Part shown: positions 1-16,811 of the stretch, piece after piece
How positions within the stretch are numbered: the stretch's first letter is position 1
Layout: every line of letters starts with the position of its first letter
NCBI RefSeq assembly: GCF_009914755.1
Contig: NC_060928.1
Reading direction: 5' to 3' (one strand)
DNA length: 64,000 nt
DNA from: the human T2T-CHM13v2.0 reference genome, Homo sapiens
Position numbers and translations under genes: made by a program
Notes under the pieces: model-generated
Told to the model about the DNA's origin: nothing
The model's database searches: none
The model's input: the letters and a program-made list of their open reading frames with translations, nothing else

Positions 1-439
1 TCAGATTTACTCTAACAAATAGATTACTGTTTATTATATTGAAGGAAGGGTGTATTGAACGATGGCTAGCTTTTGAAATGAAAATCTCAAGAGACAGTGA
101 CCCAATTTATTATGGGATTTGATATGTTTGATGGAGGGGATAGAAAACATTTTTAGCCAGCATCATGATTTCTAATTTTTGTTTGGGTCTTAGAGAAGAG
201 GGAAGACTTCACCTTCCAGATCCCCTATGTACCAATTCCAGATGTTGGAAACAGACGTTTGGGAGATCTTTGGAGTCCTGTGTGGACTTGTGACCTCCTA
301 TCCTAAGTCCAGTCACAATTTTTTTTTTTAGCATTCTTGAATTGTACAGTGAGAAACGAGTTGTTTTGGTCAAATGTTCCTCCTTTTTGCCATGGTGTAC
401 TCTGGGCATATCCCTAACTTTGCATTGGCTGTAAGGTTC

Positions 440-665
440 TTCATTTCAGCTTTGTAGATGAGAGTGCAGTGCTTAGTTTCAAATTCTGGCTCTGCTACTT
501 TCTAGCTGTGTGAGCCTGGGTGAATTACTCATCTTTCTGACTTTTAGTTTTCTAATGTGTAAAATGAGAATAATAAAGTGCCCAATTCACAGTGTGGTTG
601 TAAGGATGAAATAAGATATATGATGGCTCAGCATAATAGTATGTGGTAAGCACTAAGTCAATGAC
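440..665 (+). mobile_element. MIR fragment
   Basis: ttcaaattctggctctgctactt..tagctgtgtgagcctggg..tgtaaaatgagaataata MIR core. Confidence 0.7.
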
Positions 666-1686
666 ATCTATTATTACCTCTATACTTGTGCTACTCAGGA
701 TGCGTGTCTTACTTGCAAAGAGCTTGGCTGCAGCCCTCTGAGACTGTTAAACTGAACTAATTGATCAGAGTTTGGTCACCTAGTGCCCACATTATATAGA
801 GCCAAGGAACCGGTTAGTTTTGGACATGTTGGCGGATCACTTAAATTCATGCTACTGGCCTTGAAGGCCCTCGAACAAGAGCATTTTCTTGGTTCATTGC
901 AAACCTATCACTAGTGTTAGAAAAATAACCTACGCACGTGTGTGTTAGAGGCATCACCTCTGTGGAGGAAGCATCATTATAGTTACTTATTGACTTCTTG
1001 CTGTGCAATATTTTAAATAATGCTTTAATAATGTTTTAGTCAAAATGAAAATATCTTTAAGAGAGCTCAAGCACACACTGAATTGCTAAAAAGTTATATG
1101 ACAAAAGAAAGAGTGCTGTAATGACATTTTTATGAGTCAATCTTTATTGAATGTCAATAAAATTCTGCACTATTCTAGTTGAATAGGAAGAGACTAGTTC
1201 ATAAGAAGCCCATTACCCTAAGCTAGGTGTTAATAATCTCTTTGTCTGTGTTAATATTACAATATGCTGCATAATGCCAGGCTTGGAATACAAAAGTTCA
1301 GGGTTATGTAAGTGTTCTGGCATGCACAACTCTTTGAGCAAGACACTTGGAATTCTAGCTTGTCCAGCAGTTTAACTAGGCTGCGCAAACAATAGGGGCA
1401 AGAATGTAGCAAAATGCCCCTATTTCAACTATTCTTAATATAGCTGTCTTTTGATGGCTTTCTCACAAATTGTTCAGTCCTGAGAGTCCCATATTTTTTT
1501 CCTATCAATAGTTTACCATCTTTACACTTAGCAAGGAAACTTGTTAACTGTCTTAAGAGGTGGTGACATTCATTATTTTTCAATTTATCTGAAGAAAACT
1601 ACCCTTTTCTCTCACTAGCTTTTATATCAAATTTAGTCCTTAAGCCGTTATATATAGTATATAGGTACTTTTGGGACACTAAATAG

Positions 1687-2041
<355 letters not shown>

Positions 2042-2350
2042 AAATGTCTCACTTTCTTAACATAGAGCAGACCTTCTTAATCACTGCAAACTTTCTACCG
2101 ATCTGATAGATATACAAGGCTTCTCTTCGGAAGAGAAAAATAGCTAGTGGTTCATTGAGAATTGACTCTGGGCCAGAGTCTGACCTAAGCATGTATGTGT
2201 ATTAACTCACTAAATATGTGTATTAACTTACCACCTTGAGGTGGGTAATTTTATCTTTTCCATTTCACAAATTAGGAAACCAAGGCCCACAGAGATCAGA
2301 TAACTTGCTTTAGTAAGTGGTTGAACAGGGATTCAAATATAGGCTAATTG

Positions 2351-2662
<312 letters not shown>

Positions 2663-3541
2663 GCCTAATTGGCTCCAGTAACTGAGTTCTTCAACACTAA
2701 ACTATTTGTGTTTTGGATGCCAAAAAAAACTTCGCAAACATCAGTTGAGAAGAGTCTAGAAATAACTTTTTCCTAATTAAAAAAAAAGAAAAAGAAGAAA
2801 ATGACAAAAATTTAGAGTAGATTTTTTTCTTGCCCAAAATCATCTCATGGAAAATACACATTAGAAAGGCTTTTGGAACACTGTTTGCTTTTTTGGGCTT
2901 TCATGCTTCATGTCTCAGTGAAAGGACAAAGTTCTAAGAGCTGGGAGGTTCTGGTTCCAGGCTCTGCTGTTAATAGTTGTATCACATTGGCTGAGTCACT
3001 CATTCTCTTTGGATTATTTTTTCCAAGTGAAAATATTAATGCTATTAATCTTATATAGTTATTGAGAGAATCAGATAGAACTGATAGGAAATGATTTAAA
3101 AATACCAAGCGGTATGGAAATATAAAGTGGTATTTATAGTTGTTTATTGTCACCAGCCATATATGGAATCATGTCATCTCAGAATTGGAAGAAGTGTTAG
3201 AGTCACCTAGGAACAAGGCATAGTGGTGGGGTGGAAAGAGCTGTAACATTTGTCCTGCATTCAAATCTTTTCTCAGCCACTTATTTACTTAATCTTGGAC
3301 TGGTGATCCAACTTCTCTGAGTCTCGGCTCTATTTGTGAAAGATAATTATATTTTCTTTCCAGGGATATGAGGATTAAGTGTAGTGTCCTGTCACATGGT
3401 CTCTCAGGAAATCCTCAGCCTAAAAGAAAACAAAACAAAGCCAGAAACAGCCTGCCAACTGAGATTAATACAAGTAGCAAAAATCACACACCATAATATT
3501 TTGAAGATAAATGGAAGTCAATAAACATTTGTTAAGTATTA

Positions 3542-3926
<385 letters not shown>

Positions 3927-4100
3927 TTATTTTTATTTTTTACCTACAGCCCATGTTTCTGCTAAGTATCTGTATTTTATAAAAACATAGCAATGCTATG
4001 CTAACTACTTATAATTTTTAGAGGATGACAATACCACAAAATCTGATGGTTTACAGTTTCTTTAGGTTTATCTATATACACAACCTGTGAGCGGTGGCAG

Positions 4101-4944
<844 letters not shown>

Positions 4945-5587
4945 TATTTTTCTTTTCTACTTGTATTGGCTAATTGCATTATTTGTACCGGCTAATTGCA
5001 TATTGTAATTGCATTGTTGCTTCTATTAAATATACTATTAATAATTACTAGTATAATTAATTAGACTATTATTGCTTCTCTTAATAGAATAGTATTAAAT
5101 GTTCTATTCTTGTTTTTCATTTTAAAAGGAATGTTTATAACTTTTTGCTAATAAGAAATATGTTTGCTATAGGTTTTTAATATATTCATTCCTATGTCAG
5201 GTTAAGAAAACTCCATTCTATTTCATCTTTTAAAATCAGAGAATACCTATTAAATTTTATCAAATATTATACCTTAATTTCCCCTTTCTTATGTTATACA
5301 TTTCTTATCCAATTTTTGTACCCAAAATAGCATAATTAGGCTTTCTCCCTCTTTCTTACATTTTTGGAAAAGATGATGAGTCAGGGAGGAGAGTACTCTT
5401 TAAAAAGTAATGAATAATTTAGCCCTAAAAGTAGAAAAAGTAATTTTATTGTTGGTGAGTTCTCAAAGCAGTACCAAAAATTGCTAGATGAATTAAAGAA
5501 GAAAGTGGGAGCTTATTGTGGCAGTAAATTATAGATAGTAAGTTGTGGGCAGTAAATTTAAAACAGCAAATAGTGTAAAATATGTAG

Positions 5588-5930
<343 letters not shown>

Positions 5931-6691
5931 AAGTCAAACATTTTTACTCAATTTTTTCATTATCACTTGCTTTTATGTTTGTTTTCATTTTCTGCAGGTA
6001 GACAGAATAGTATAGGAAACTTCATAATTATTCAATGTCAATATGGCTAAGATATTGATACCTTGTCCATTTACTAAACATCTCAACCATAGATGAAGTC
6101 AACAACTATTTCCACCACAGTTTGACCATTTCAGAACTCCTGTCTTCTCAGCCAGTGACTTGATATATTTGCTCATTATAAGTATGACTCATTTTCTTTC
6201 TTTCGTTGTTTCTGTATTCCAACCTTCCTTTTAATTTGTAAGTATAAACTCATGATTTAGAAAAGCTTATATCTACTTGACTGCCTTTTATGTACTCTAC
6301 TGAAAAACATTTTCCAAATGGGACTTTATTACTTTTAGAACTTGCCATTGCCCTTGAATGATGGATTTGGCGGATGCTGAAAGCAGGCTTTAATTCAAGC
6401 TAAGAAGTGAATCCTGGTGCATTTTTGGGTAGAGATATGAGAGGGGATTGAGGGTGGAGTGCAGTGGAGATGAAAAGAATGGAAAGGAGTGCCAAAGAGT
6501 GAGGAGTTACCAGTGAAGACAGCTCTGAATAGTCACTCTTTGGAACAACTCCTGTGATAGGAATGCCAATTGACAAACAAGGCCCTGCGTACCTCGGGTA
6601 TGGCAAGTTTTGACTGAATTGGAGCAAACACTGCTGCCAGACAGCATTTCCCAAATTGTGTCTATGAAAGATATATCCTTTATCCCTTTAA

Positions 6692-7010
<319 letters not shown>

Positions 7011-7089
7011 TCTTTTTTTTTTTTTTTTTTTAAGCCTCTGAGACAAGTTCAACTAAGCTGACACTAAGGATAAGTAGAAGTTAGGGAGG

Positions 7090-9260
7090 TAAAGTGGGTT
7101 TTTAGGTAAAGGAGGGATGAAACAGTGGCAGAGAGAAAGTCTGGAAATGACAGAGAAGAGCCTGGTTGAATAACTGAAAAATAAGTGCAGGTTGTCTACA
7201 TAAATGACAAGGAAAAGAATGGCGAGAGGTAAGGCTAGAGGAGTAGATACGGACTGAATAAAGAAGGGCCTTGTAAACGGTAAGGAATTTGAGATTTATC
7301 CTGAGAGAAACAGAGCTTCAAGTTAAAGAGTTTCGAGCAGGGAAAGATAATTCTGGCTACTGTGTAGGGCAGGACCAACCACTGTAAGACCTGCAGTTAC
7401 AGTAATTCAGACATGACACATAAGTTACTTGGCCTTAGGTTGTGACCATGCAATGCTGTGAAGATGGCAGTTGTAGTTTATATTGAATCAGTAGAATCTG
7501 CTGGTCATGAAGAGTGACTGGGGATGATGAGGAGGGTAGAGTCAGAAGTGACAGGTAAGTTTTGGTTTCATCAATTGTGTGAGTGGTGATACTATTCCCA
7601 TAGTGATACTATGTGGGGCAGAGGAGGAGGAATGTGGCAGAGGGGCGGTGGGCAAGATCCGTTCTGCATGTGTTGAATTTGAGGTGCCAGTTGCACATCC
7701 AGAAGAATGCAGCTGCAATCAAAACTGGAGTTTGGAGAGAGATAGTGGCATATTGATGGTAACTTAATTCCGAAGGCTTTAGGAGCTCCCTAGGGGAGAG
7801 AGTAGTTTCACTGTGTGGTGGGGGAGGGCTTAATAATGGATTGAGGAGTGAATGGAAGGTGAGGAAGCGGGTACGGTGAGTACATAATCAACCTCCTAGA
7901 AGTCAGTCTTTAAGGGAAAGCAGCAAAAAGAAAGGCCAGCAGCTAAAGGGGTGCACAGGTTTGAGGAAAGGCCTTTATAAAAATGGAAGATATCTGAATA
8001 TACTTAAATGTGTTTAGTCAAAGGGAAGGATAAGTTGAAACAACAGGACAAGGTCCCTGAGAAGCCTGGGGTGGATGTGAAGCATTTGTGGCAGAGGTTA
8101 GCCTTAAGCGGGGAGAGTGACATCATTTTCAATTGTAATAGAAGGGAAGGAAGGAATCAAGGGTGTAGAGGTGGGCACACTTTCAGTCGGCTCGAGGGGT
8201 TTGAGAGAGTCTCTCTGTGGATTTCTTTTCTTTTGTGAATGCAAGATTATCCACTGAGAATGAAAAGGAAGAAATTAAAGGAGAGTAGAAAAAGTTTGAA
8301 TTACCACCATGATTAGGGAAACACAGACAGATTGTCAGTTGTTGGTAGTTGTTGAATGCACAGGTGAATTTGGAGACTTTGAATTTACGATGAACCAATC
8401 TGGGCTACTGAGTGATCTTCTCCCATAGCATTGAGTGGACTATACCAGACAAAGATGCAGAGAAGGTGGACAGATGGGCTATTACATATTTGGCTTTTGG
8501 CAAGTGAGCACGTGGAGCAATGGGGTAAAGAAGTTGTTGGCGTCAGTGTAGGTGAAAATTTGTTCTGTGTAACCTAAGTTGGAGAGCAGAGGAAGTGGAG
8601 CTGTGTGGGGCACGGTAAGGAGGGCCGAGAGATATAGGGAGTGGAGGTGGTTGTTAGGTGCAAGAATGGGTACAGTGGGAGTCACTGGGAAGGAAATCCT
8701 GCCAGGATAGTGGAGAGTCCTCAGAGTGGGATGTTTGAATGCATCATTCCAGAGTTGGAGCAGTTTCAGGGACTGACACAAATCAGTGTGTCAGAGGAGT
8801 GAGTGGCAGAATTGGAGGGTGGAAAAAGCCATTAGAAATGAGGCCTGAGAAGATAATGGAATAAGGTGTTGGTTACATTGACCATGTTGACACGTAAGTT
8901 ACCTCAAATGATGGCATATAGGGAGAAAAATAAGACTGTGAACCACGTGCTAAAGGCTTCAATTAATGAAGGGAACGACAGAAGATGGCTGCAAAGAAGA
9001 AGGGCAGAGGGTGCTAGTAACCAGTTATCATTAAGACTCAAATAAGTGGGGCTTTCTATACATGGATGAAGAATTGTGTGGAACTGGCAATAAGGAGCAA
9101 TGTGGATGCCAACTTTCTTTCCATCTAGGTGGGAGAATTGTGGGAAAATTAGCAGCCTCTATTTGAAGGAGTTGCAAAAGAGTGACCTCAGAGTTTTAGT
9201 TAAGGCACTGACGAGGAGAGAAAATTCACAGAAGAGGTTCACAATAAAAGGAAGGTCACC
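7090..9260 (-). mobile_element. Degenerate LINE-2
   Basis: Long G/A-rich stretch with L2-type motifs (catgtgttgaatttgaggtgcc, gggccttgtaa); boundaries approximate. Confidence 0.65.
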
Positions 9261-9309
9261 ACCCCTGAATTAACGTCAGTCACTTATATTTTATTAAAAC
9301 AGACTAGAC

Positions 9310-9822
<513 letters not shown>

Positions 9823-10852
9823 AGACTAGATCTAGCTTCCTAACATGAACAGACAATGAAAAGTCAACAAATACAAATTGAGAGAAGATTTAGAAGGCAA
9901 ACATTTGATATTCAAATAGATAACAACATGTGTACTGTACAAAGGTGCAGAGGGATCGGAAAAAAATCATGGTCCTCAGTTTCACTGGCTTGCTTTAAAC
10001 CACATATTAATCATCGTAGGCTTCCTGCTCTTACTCCTGTTCTCCATGGAGTAATTCAAACCTCTCTACTTTCTTTAAATTCCTCCCTGATCACTTATTA
10101 GGTGATATTCCATCTACCACCAAGCAGGTGATATTACACCATACTTTATATAAAACATATCTTTAGTAAAAGGTCACAACACATCTTCCCTTAGTTTGAG
10201 AACTAGTTAGCATGCCACAGACAAGCTCTGTGGATTGTTTTGCCCATCATGCACATTAATAAAATTCAGAAGTCCCAGTGAGTTTTGTTGTTCTTGCAGC
10301 TTTTGTTATTTCTTTTCTTTTTTTCTTCCAAGAGAAATAACCGTTTATTTACTAAAAAATATTAATTGAGAACTCACTGAGTTGGGTTCCTGCTTAGTTT
10401 TACCATGTGGTGGAGGAGACAGACAAACTACAGTTATTAACCATCTGATAAGTGTTTTAGCAGTGCCAAGTACAAGAGATTATTGGAGTAAAGAAAGAGC
10501 ATCTCAACTTGGCAGGAAGAGGTGTTTAGTAAGTTGATGCATATGTTGAATCTTGGAAGAAGAGGAAGTATTCTTCAAATGAATGGCAGGGATGGGGATG
10601 CAGACTATTTCAAGGCTAGAGAGCAACCAAAGTGATCCTCAAATAGTTTAACATAGGAGAACCTTAGGTGAGGGTTGCTGGCCAGCAAGGCATGAGGTTA
10701 TAAAGCTAGTCATGGTTGGATCACAATGGGCCTCGGATTCTACACTGAGGTATCTGCATGAGGATGGGAGACTACTGGCAGATTTTAAGCAAAGGAATAG
10801 CATTATTAAATTTCCCCGTAGAACTGTTTTTAGGGAAGCTGGTTTTGGCACA

Positions 10853-11286
10853 ATGCTATGGTTTGGATATGGCACGTTCATGCCAAGTCTCATGTTGAAA
10901 TTTGATCCCCGCTGTTGGAGGTGGGGCCTACTGGGAGGTGTTTTGGTCATGGGGATGGATCCCTCATGAATGGCTTGGTGCCATCCTCATGGTAATGAGT
11001 GAGCTCTCATTTTATTAGTTTTTGCGAGAGCTTGCCCAAGTGCTGGTGTTAAAAAGAGCCTGGCACCTTCCCCTGTTCTCTTGCTTCTGCTTTCTGCATG
11101 TGGTCTCTGTTCACTGGCTCCCCATTCACCATCAGTGGAAGTAGCTTGAAGCTCTCACCAGATGCAGATGCTGGTGCCATGTTTCTTGTACAGCCTGCAG
11201 AACCCTGAAACAAATAAACCTCTTTTCTTTATAAATTACCAAGCCTTAAGTACTCCTTTCTGGCAACACAAAAATAGACTAAGACA
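10853..11286 (+). mobile_element. MaLR solo LTR (MSTB-like)
   Basis: tgctatggtttggat..ctcatgttgaaatttgatcccc..aaataaacctcttttctttataaattacc..gactaagaca. Confidence 0.88.
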
Positions 11287-11387
11287 TACTCGTGCTTGGC
11301 TTACATTGAGAAACATTATCAAAATCTGCTGATGTAGTTATTATAGAAGTGTTCTTTATAAGAAATCTCACATAAAAAATATTTTCA

Positions 11388-11997
<610 letters not shown>

Positions 11998-12377
11998 TTA
12001 TATTTAATATATATTTATATAAATTAAATATTTAAAGTATATATATTTATATAACATAAATATACAAATTTATAAATAAATATATACTTTAAATAAATAA
12101 ATATATATATATTTTCAATTAGCTTTGGTTATTTTGAGGAAACTGTGCCTTGTCACTTTATGGATAAGTATGTTACTGATTTATTTTTCTTTTTGCTATG
12201 AACACCAAGGAACTCAGAGCCATGCTGGTTGTTTGATTTAATGATACTATGTACTTTTATATTCTCTATCTTTTCATTATAACTTTCTTTGTGGTCTTGA
12301 ACTATGTTTACATATGTTTTTCCAGGTTCTTATTTTTAAACTAATTCATATATTTTAGAAGTTTTCTTTTTTCTTTC

Positions 12378-12683
12378 TTTTTTTTTTTTTTTTTTTTGTG
12401 AAACAGGGTCTCCCTCCATCACCCAGGCTGGAGTGCAGTGGCACCATCTTGACTCACTACAGCCTTGACCTCCCAGGCTCGTGATCGTCCTGCCTCAGCC
12501 TCCCAAGTAGCTGTGACTACAGGTGTGTACAAGAATGACTGAATAATTTCTTCTTGCATTTTTTGTAGAGACAGGGTTTTGCCATGTTGCTTGGGCTGGT
12601 CTCAAATTTCTGGGCTCAAGCAATCTGCCTGCCTCAGCCTCCCAAAGTGCTGGCATTACAGGAGTGAGCCACCGTGCCTGGCA
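12378..12683 (-). mobile_element. AluJ
   Basis: acagggtctc, cagccttgacctcccaggctc J-type motifs. Confidence 0.9.
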
Positions 12684-12799
12684 ATAGTGTTCTTTATAAA
12701 TGTTCTTTTAATTTTTCTTAAATATTATGGGAAGTGAAATAAAAGGATGAATTTATAAATAAAGCCATATTTACTTTCTTTGAATCATCATCCTCAGAG

Positions 12800-13677
12800 T
12801 GATAGAGGGTATGAGATAGTTAATAGTTGCAGAGAGGCCAGTTAGAAGGCTTCTCCAAAAGTTTGAAAAATGAGGAAAGTCTAAACTGAGACCATGGGAT
12901 GAGGATGGAGAGAAGGGGTAGATCTGATGGAGATTTAGGAGGCAGAATTGAAGGAACTTGGTGATGAATTAGATGCTGTGTGTATGAGGGGATGGGTGGG
13001 TGATGGAGGTGGGTAGTGTCCATAATGATTCTGAGGCCTCCACCTTGTTTGCCTGGATGGCAGGTGGGGAAGGTGGCACCATTTATTATGATATGGAAGT
13101 CTGTAAGAGAACCAGGGGTGAAGTGGAAGATGATAAGCACCTGTGAGACATCCAGGTGGACATGCCTTTATCAGTTGGTCTGAAAGTCGGAAGGAAGTCT
13201 GATGAAGACAGAAACGTGGTCTTTGTGAGAAAGAATGAGCTCTTTTGGAGAGAGGGAATGTGTGGCTGAGAAGAGCAAAAGCAGAAGAGAGAATGAAAGT
13301 GAGAGCCCTGAGAATCATCATTTAACGATCAGGTAGAGAAGGAAGAGCTGGCAGAGGAAAATAAGGAAGAAAAGTAGGATTAAATGACAAGAATATAAAG
13401 ACTTGAGAACTAAAAATAGTGCTGAAGAGGGTGGCAGTGGTCAACTGCATCTAATGCTGCTGGCAAGATCAACAAAGATGAGCGCTAGGTCTAGCCACTC
13501 CACAGTGTGTATATACTTCAAAACATCGTATTTTGCACAACAAATACACACAATTTTATCTTTCAATTACAAAAGCAAAAATATAAGAAAGGTGAGCATT
13601 GGGAAGTACTCTTTTATTTGGGACTTGTAAATAATTGGTGTCTTTGTGGAGGCATTTATTCATTCATCATTCATTAA

Positions 13678-13680
<3 letters not shown>
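12800..13680 (-). mobile_element. LINE-2 fragments
   Basis: atttaggaggcagaattgaaggaacttggtgatgaattagatg and related motifs. Confidence 0.65.

Positions 13681-13686
<6 letters not shown>

Positions 13687-13729
<43 letters not shown>
13687..13729. repeat. (TA)n microsatellite
   Basis: ~21 TA units. Confidence 0.95.
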
Positions 13730-13732
<3 letters not shown>

Positions 13733-13733
13733 A

Positions 13734-14020
13734 TTTTTTTTTTTTTTTTTTTTTAGACTGAGTCTCGTTCTGTCCCCTAGGTGCAATCTGGGCTCACTGC
13801 AACCTCCGCCTCCCAGGTTCAAGTGATTCTCCTGCCTCAGCCTCCTGAATAGCTGGGATTACAGGTGCCTGGCACCACGCCCAGCTAATTTTTTGTATTT
13901 TCAGTAGAGATGGGGTTTCACCATGTTGTCCAGGATGGTTTTGATCTCCTGACCTCGTGATCCACCCGCCTCAGCCTCCCAAAGTGCTGGGATTACAGAC
14001 GTGAGCCACTGCACCCAGCC
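13734..14020 (-). mobile_element. AluS (Sc-like)
   Basis: Reverse Alu with a small internal deletion. Confidence 0.92.
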
Positions 14021-14167
14021 CATTAAATATTTATTAAGTGATTATTATACGCTACATTCTAATCATATACTGATGACTAATTTGATGGGAGGATGGTAAG
14101 AGGCAACTAAATGTAAGGTAACTTAATTCATCAAGATGGGAAATAGTGGAGGAAAATTAGGAGTGGA

Positions 14168-14474
14168 GGCCGGGCGCAGTGGCTCACGCCTGTAATCCCA
14201 GCACTTTGGGAGGCTGAGGCAGGTGGATCACGAGGTCAGGAGTTTGAGACCAGCCTGACCAACATGATGAAACCTTGTCTCTACTAAAAATACAAAAATT
14301 AGCCTGTGTGGTGGCGGGCACGTGTAGTCCCAGCTACTCAGGAGGCTGAGGCAAGAGAAATGCTTGAACCCAGGAGGTGGAGCTTGAAGTGAGCCGAGAT
14401 CGGTCCACTGCACTCCAGCCTGGGCAACACAGCGAGACTCCGTCTCAAAAAAAAAAAAAAAACAACAACAACAA
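14168..14474 (+). mobile_element. AluS
   Basis: Full dimer. Confidence 0.92.
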
Positions 14475-14632
14475 ACCAGAAAGTTCTAGTTTTAGAAAAT
14501 CCCTATAGCTAGGTATGTTTACCAGGTTAAATGGTGGGGTTACAATATTGTAGAAGAGTAGAATAAAATTCTTTATGAATAATGTTTAAATCAAAGAAAA
14601 GAGGCCAAGGTTTTCATGAACATCAATAAAGC

Positions 14633-14638
14633 TTTATA
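14633..14638 (-). terminator. Candidate distal polyadenylation signal (TATAAA variant)
   Basis: Plus strand tttata. U-rich CTCTTTTCTTTG lies ~30 nt downstream on the minus strand, and Alu-rich DNA resumes immediately after. Confidence 0.5.
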
Positions 14639-16803
14639 ACAATACAATTCATTATCATTGTTTGGATTAATATTGTAATAATTACACACTTTTTACATTA
14701 TGAAAATAAGTCATAAATAGTGTAAAAATAATTCTGAAGATCAACTTCTCACAAACTAGGAACCCTGAAAACAAATTTAAAAAGCAAATAAAAACAAATT
14801 GGAAACTGAACACAATGCAATTATCTCCAAACCGCAAATCAAAAATCTTATGCATCTTTTGATACAGTAATGTCAGCTGGAGAAATTACAATGAAATTAA
14901 AATAAAAATTGAACAGGGAGAATTCAATCTTTCAATTATTTACACTACTGAGATAAACAGGTTTGTGCCATATTTACAGTGATAAGACACAACACATTCT
15001 TAGAATAATCAATTATATGAGACTGGCCCACAAACATTTAAAAAAATATGCAGTGTAATGCTTGCCAAAATATTTTTTTTGCATATTTCACTTATTTTGT
15101 ATTTATGTGAGTTTTTGGCAATATAAAAATAGCTGCACATAGAGATGAACTTTAAAATGTAAAAAATACAAATAAAAATATAATATTTTCTAAAGAAAAA
15201 TCAGATACATACATCTTTTAAAATGTTATTAAGTTGAATGAAACATTTACAACAGTATAAAGAATATTCACATAAATGTCAACAGTATGTAAGACATTCT
15301 TTTGTGAATCCAATTCGTTAATATTTCTGAGATAGGTAAGAATATCAACTACATTTTGAGAGATGTTGGTACTTTCTTTGTTAAGTTGTTAATAAATCAC
15401 ACATAACGGTTTAGGTTGAAAGTCTTCTTATGCCCAAAAGGACGGTTCTTTCAATAAGCAGCATAGGCAATTTTATACATTTAAATATTTTGAAATGAAA
15501 AAAGTCATTAAAGTGTTTATTAGTACGGGGTTAGCAGAAACCAAACTCCACTAAAAATTTAAGTTAGAGGAGTGTCTCTGCTGTGTCAATTTTATATTGG
15601 CAACAAATCTAGCCAATATAAAGATATCCCAAGAAAAATGGGAAGAAGTAGGGACTGACAGTCCTCCTAGCCTAAAACAATTTAGCATAATCATAATTGG
15701 TCAAGCTTGTTAATTCCACTAGGGATGTATGATTTTAATAGCCAGAATCACATGTGATTGTTCTTACTTATTATTTTTAGAAAGATAAGATAGGGTTCCT
15801 AAGGACTTAACTTCCAAGAGATAGCAGGAGCTCTTGTTTTTACAAATTAGAAAATCCTATTTTTTGTAGTGTGAAATATTAATATAATTTGATTATTAGG
15901 AAGTAAGAAAAAACAAGATTTCAAATATTAGCATCTGTATGTTGCTTATGATCACTTATTAGAAGATGTTAAAACACCACCAAAGTATAGCCCTACTCTG
16001 GGTAAGACAATATATAGTGGGGAAAGAAAGGATAACAAATGATGTTAACTTTTCATGCTTCAATAGTAACATTAAAAAAAAAAACCCTTGGAAATTAAGC
16101 ACATTTCCTAAGTGAGAAAAATATAACATATCAAAGACAATTTTTCCATTGGTACTGACATGCTGATTTGACAATTTTCTAAACTAGCACATATGTCTAT
16201 ATAGATAGATAGTTAGACAAAGGACATGTAGTATAAACTAGTTGATGTGTAAGTTCTTGCTGTCCCATCAGAACATCGTATGCAGAGAATGTAAATTCAA
16301 AAACAAGACCTTTCTTCTAGTAGGAATTAAAGATATTCTAATGTCCTCTATAAAATCACATGAGAAAAAAAAATCCTCCAAGACTGCTTTTGCTAATGAA
16401 AAACAAAAACTGAAAGAAAAAATTAGGTATATTTGTGCACTAGGTACTCTATACGGTGTGTGCAGACTTCTCTGATGCTAGTTTTGTCATGTTTCATCAA
16501 ATCATATAAACTAAAAGATGAGTGAATGAAAAAGATGAGACACATGAAAGTAGATAAAGGCATATGATGTATGAAATGAATATGAAGTAGGAGGATCCAT
16601 GATCCGAGTAAACACACATCATCTATTGGTACACTGTTTTGTTTTACATTAAGAAAGCCTGGTCATTGGACCATAATTATAGCAAATTCATGAACTTTAA
16701 AAATAAAATAACACACTAATGATTTAGGAATGCTATTAAACAGGGAAATAAAATTATCCATAGTAGTTGTATTGTCCATAGAGAAAAAGGAAAAGAGATA
16801 CAT

Positions 16804-16811
16804 TAGCACCA
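16804..16811 (-). promoter_or_regulatory. miR-29 8mer seed site (TGGTGCTA) in 3'UTR
   Basis: Plus strand tagcacca; miR-29 targeting of collagen mRNAs is established. Confidence 0.55.

Noticed and set aside
4965-5015. Three taattgcat copies (POU-like motif)
   Set aside because: Short slippage repeat next to probable old L1 debris, with no supporting regulatory context
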